A DNA stretch of 64,000 nt from assembly GCA_023920165.1 (NCBI GenBank), contig CP089274.1, positions 1,488,001 to 1,552,000 on the forward strand, in the 5' to 3' direction. Positions 61,964 to 64,000 of this stretch are shown piece after piece. Under the pieces are notes generated by a model that did no database searches, was not told the DNA's origin, and saw only the letters and a program-made list of their open reading frames with translations. The stretch's first letter is position 1; each line of letters begins with the position of its first letter. A program made the translations under genes and the position numbers. This DNA comes from Curvularia clavata. Its lineage: Eukaryota.

Positions 61964-63795
61964 ATGTCGTTCGGCGGCCAAACACCGACCATCGTGGTGC
62001 TGCGGGAGGGTAGGTGCCTGGGAACCTTTCCTGCATATGTCGCTGACAATTGCAGGCACCGATCAATCACAGGGCCGCGGACAGGTCATCTCAAACATCA
62101 ATGCTTGTCTGGCTGTGCAGACAACGATCAAGGGGACTCTGGGTCCCTATGGTGGTGATCTGCTCATGGTCGATGAGAATGGCAAGCAAACAATCACCAA
62201 CGATGGTGCCACAGTCATGAAGGTAGAGAAGTACTCGGAGCCCGATATAGGAGCATGACCTAACCGTGTACAGCTCCTCGACATTGTTCACCCTGCTGCC
62301 CGCGTTCTCACCGACATCGCACGATCACAAGACGCCGAAGTTGGCGACGGTACCACCTCCGTTGTTGTGCTGGCAGGAGAAATTCTGAAGGAGATCAAAG
62401 ACTTTGTGGAGCAGGGAGTCAGCAGCCAGGTCATCATGAAGGGTCTGCGGAGAGCATCACATCTCGCGGTCAACAAGATCATGGAAATCGCAGTGGACAC
62501 AGCAGAGGGCAACCAACGCGATACTCTCCAGAAACTTGCTGCTACCGCCATGAGCAGCAAGCTGATCCACAGGAACGCTGACTTCTTCACAAAGATGGTG
62601 GTAGACGCAGTCCTCTCGCTTGACCAGGAGGAGCTCAACGAGAAGCTCATCGGAATCAAAAAGATTACTGGCGGTGCTCTCCAGGACTCGCTCTTCGTCA
62701 ACGGTGTCGCTTTCAAGAAGACCTTCTCGTACGCCGGTTTCGAGCAGCAACCGAAGAAGTTTACACAGCCCAAGATTGTGTGCCTGAACGTCGAACTTGA
62801 ACTGAAGAGCGAAAAGGACAACGCCGAGGTACGGGTGGAGCAGGTCTCAGAATACCAGGCAATTGTCGATGCGGAATGGCAAATCATCTACAACAAGATG
62901 GAGGCACTATACAAGACGGGGGCAAAGGTGGTTCTCAGCAAACTCCCTATTGGCGACTTGGCTACACAGTACTTTGCGGATCGCGACATCTTCTGTGCTG
63001 GACGAGTATCGGCCGACGACCTGGATCGTGTTTGCCGGGCAACAGGCGCTAGCATCCAATCCACGTGCTCTGATATCCAAAGCAAGCACCTAGGAAGCTG
63101 CGAATTGTTCGAAGAGCGACAGATTGGTGGCGAGCGCTTCAATTTCTTCGAAGGCTGCCCCGAGGCAAAGACTTGCACACTGGTGCTCCGTGGTGGCGCT
63201 GAGCAGTTTATCGCCGAGGTGGAGAGAAGTTTACATGACGCCATCATGATTGTCAAGCGTGCGATCAAGAACAGGAACATTGTTGCTGGAGGTGGTGCGG
63301 TCGAGATGGAGATTTCATCATACCTGCACAACTATGCCGACAGCAATATTCCTCACAAGCAGCAGCCCATCATCAAGGCATTTGCAAAGGCTTTGGAGGT
63401 CATTCCTCGACAACTGTGCGACAATGCAGGTGTGGACGCGACGGATATCCTGAACCGACTACGTGTTGAGCACAAGAAGGGCAACATCTGGGCTGGTGTC
63501 GACTTCAGCACGGAGAGCATAGCGAACAACATGGAGAGGTTCGTGTGGGAGCCTAGTCTGGTCAAGATCAATGCTCTGCAGGCGGCGACTGAGGCTGCGT
63601 GCCTGATTCTGAGCGTTGATGAGACAATCAGTAAGACATCTGACTTGACAAGGACCAAAAGCAAACACTGACAATGATGCAGAGAACCAGGAGTCACAGC
63701 AGCCACAAGCACCCAACAAGCCACTGCCCCCAGGTGCGGCACAAAGAGCGCTAGGTGGTGGCCGAGGACGCGGCCGTGGTATGCCGAGGAGATAA
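61964..63795 (+). CDS. CCT7: T-complex protein 1 subunit eta (CCT chaperonin)
   Basis: Exons 61964-62009, 62056-62222, 62274-63630 and 63683-63795. [58 protein letters not shown]. Confidence 0.97.
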
Positions 63796-64000
63796 GCGAT
63801 TGATAGGCAGGGAGGCAATGTATATCATGATAGAGGAATGCTGAAGCTCCGCCATGTGCAGAACCCAGCTATCTATGAATAATGCCCAAAGAAGACAATA
63901 AAAGAAGAAAAAAAGACGGCTTCTTGATGGAATCTAACCCAGAATTCATGCTGACGAAGTTACCCGCTTGTACTACGCTCTTGTCTATTCTGTTCAATCA

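Noticed and set aside
1..64000. CRISPR arrays, prokaryotic operons, intact transposons or a Starship captain
   Set aside because: No repeat-spacer array, transposase, reverse transcriptase, LTR pair or tyrosine recombinase seen; the DNA is intron-containing fungal sequence.

Overview
Eukaryotic DNA from a filamentous ascomycete, probably a Dothideomycete (taxon is my inference). It has short GT-AG introns with CTAAC/CTGAC-type branch sites and typical Pezizomycotina genes. I reconstructed exon structures by hand. Bases 1-37 kb are mostly conserved genes: the C-terminal part of an NB-ARC/NLR-like gene, a BTB protein, CBP6, BSD2, an SPX-RING E3 ligase, JJJ1, a GT90 glycosyltransferase, a secreted beta-propeller protein, a YMC-type mitochondrial carrier, an atypical Ras, the blue-light receptor WC-1, MRP4, a CRAL-TRIO protein, DAM1 and a YTP1-like protein. 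Bases 37-61 kb are gene-sparser and look accessory: a membrane protein, a bacterial-type YdeI/OmpD-associated gene, an ELYS-like gene, a divergent Zn2Cys6 factor/alpha-beta hydrolase pair, a topoisomerase III gene broken by one in-frame TAG, a decayed duplicate fragment of the hydrolase, a dispersed 5S rRNA gene, a pseudogenised Alt a 1-like secreted protein, an MFS transporter and an F-box-like gene. CCT7 closes the window. The most notable signals are the TOP3 nonsense codon, the hidden effector-like pseudogene, an in-frame mitochondrial-type leader on the CRAL-TRIO gene, a CaaX box in the SPX-RING last exon and two uORFs before wc-1. I saw no CRISPR array, tRNA or intact transposon, and no single clear novel multi-gene system. 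All family assignments come from motif recognition, not database searches.
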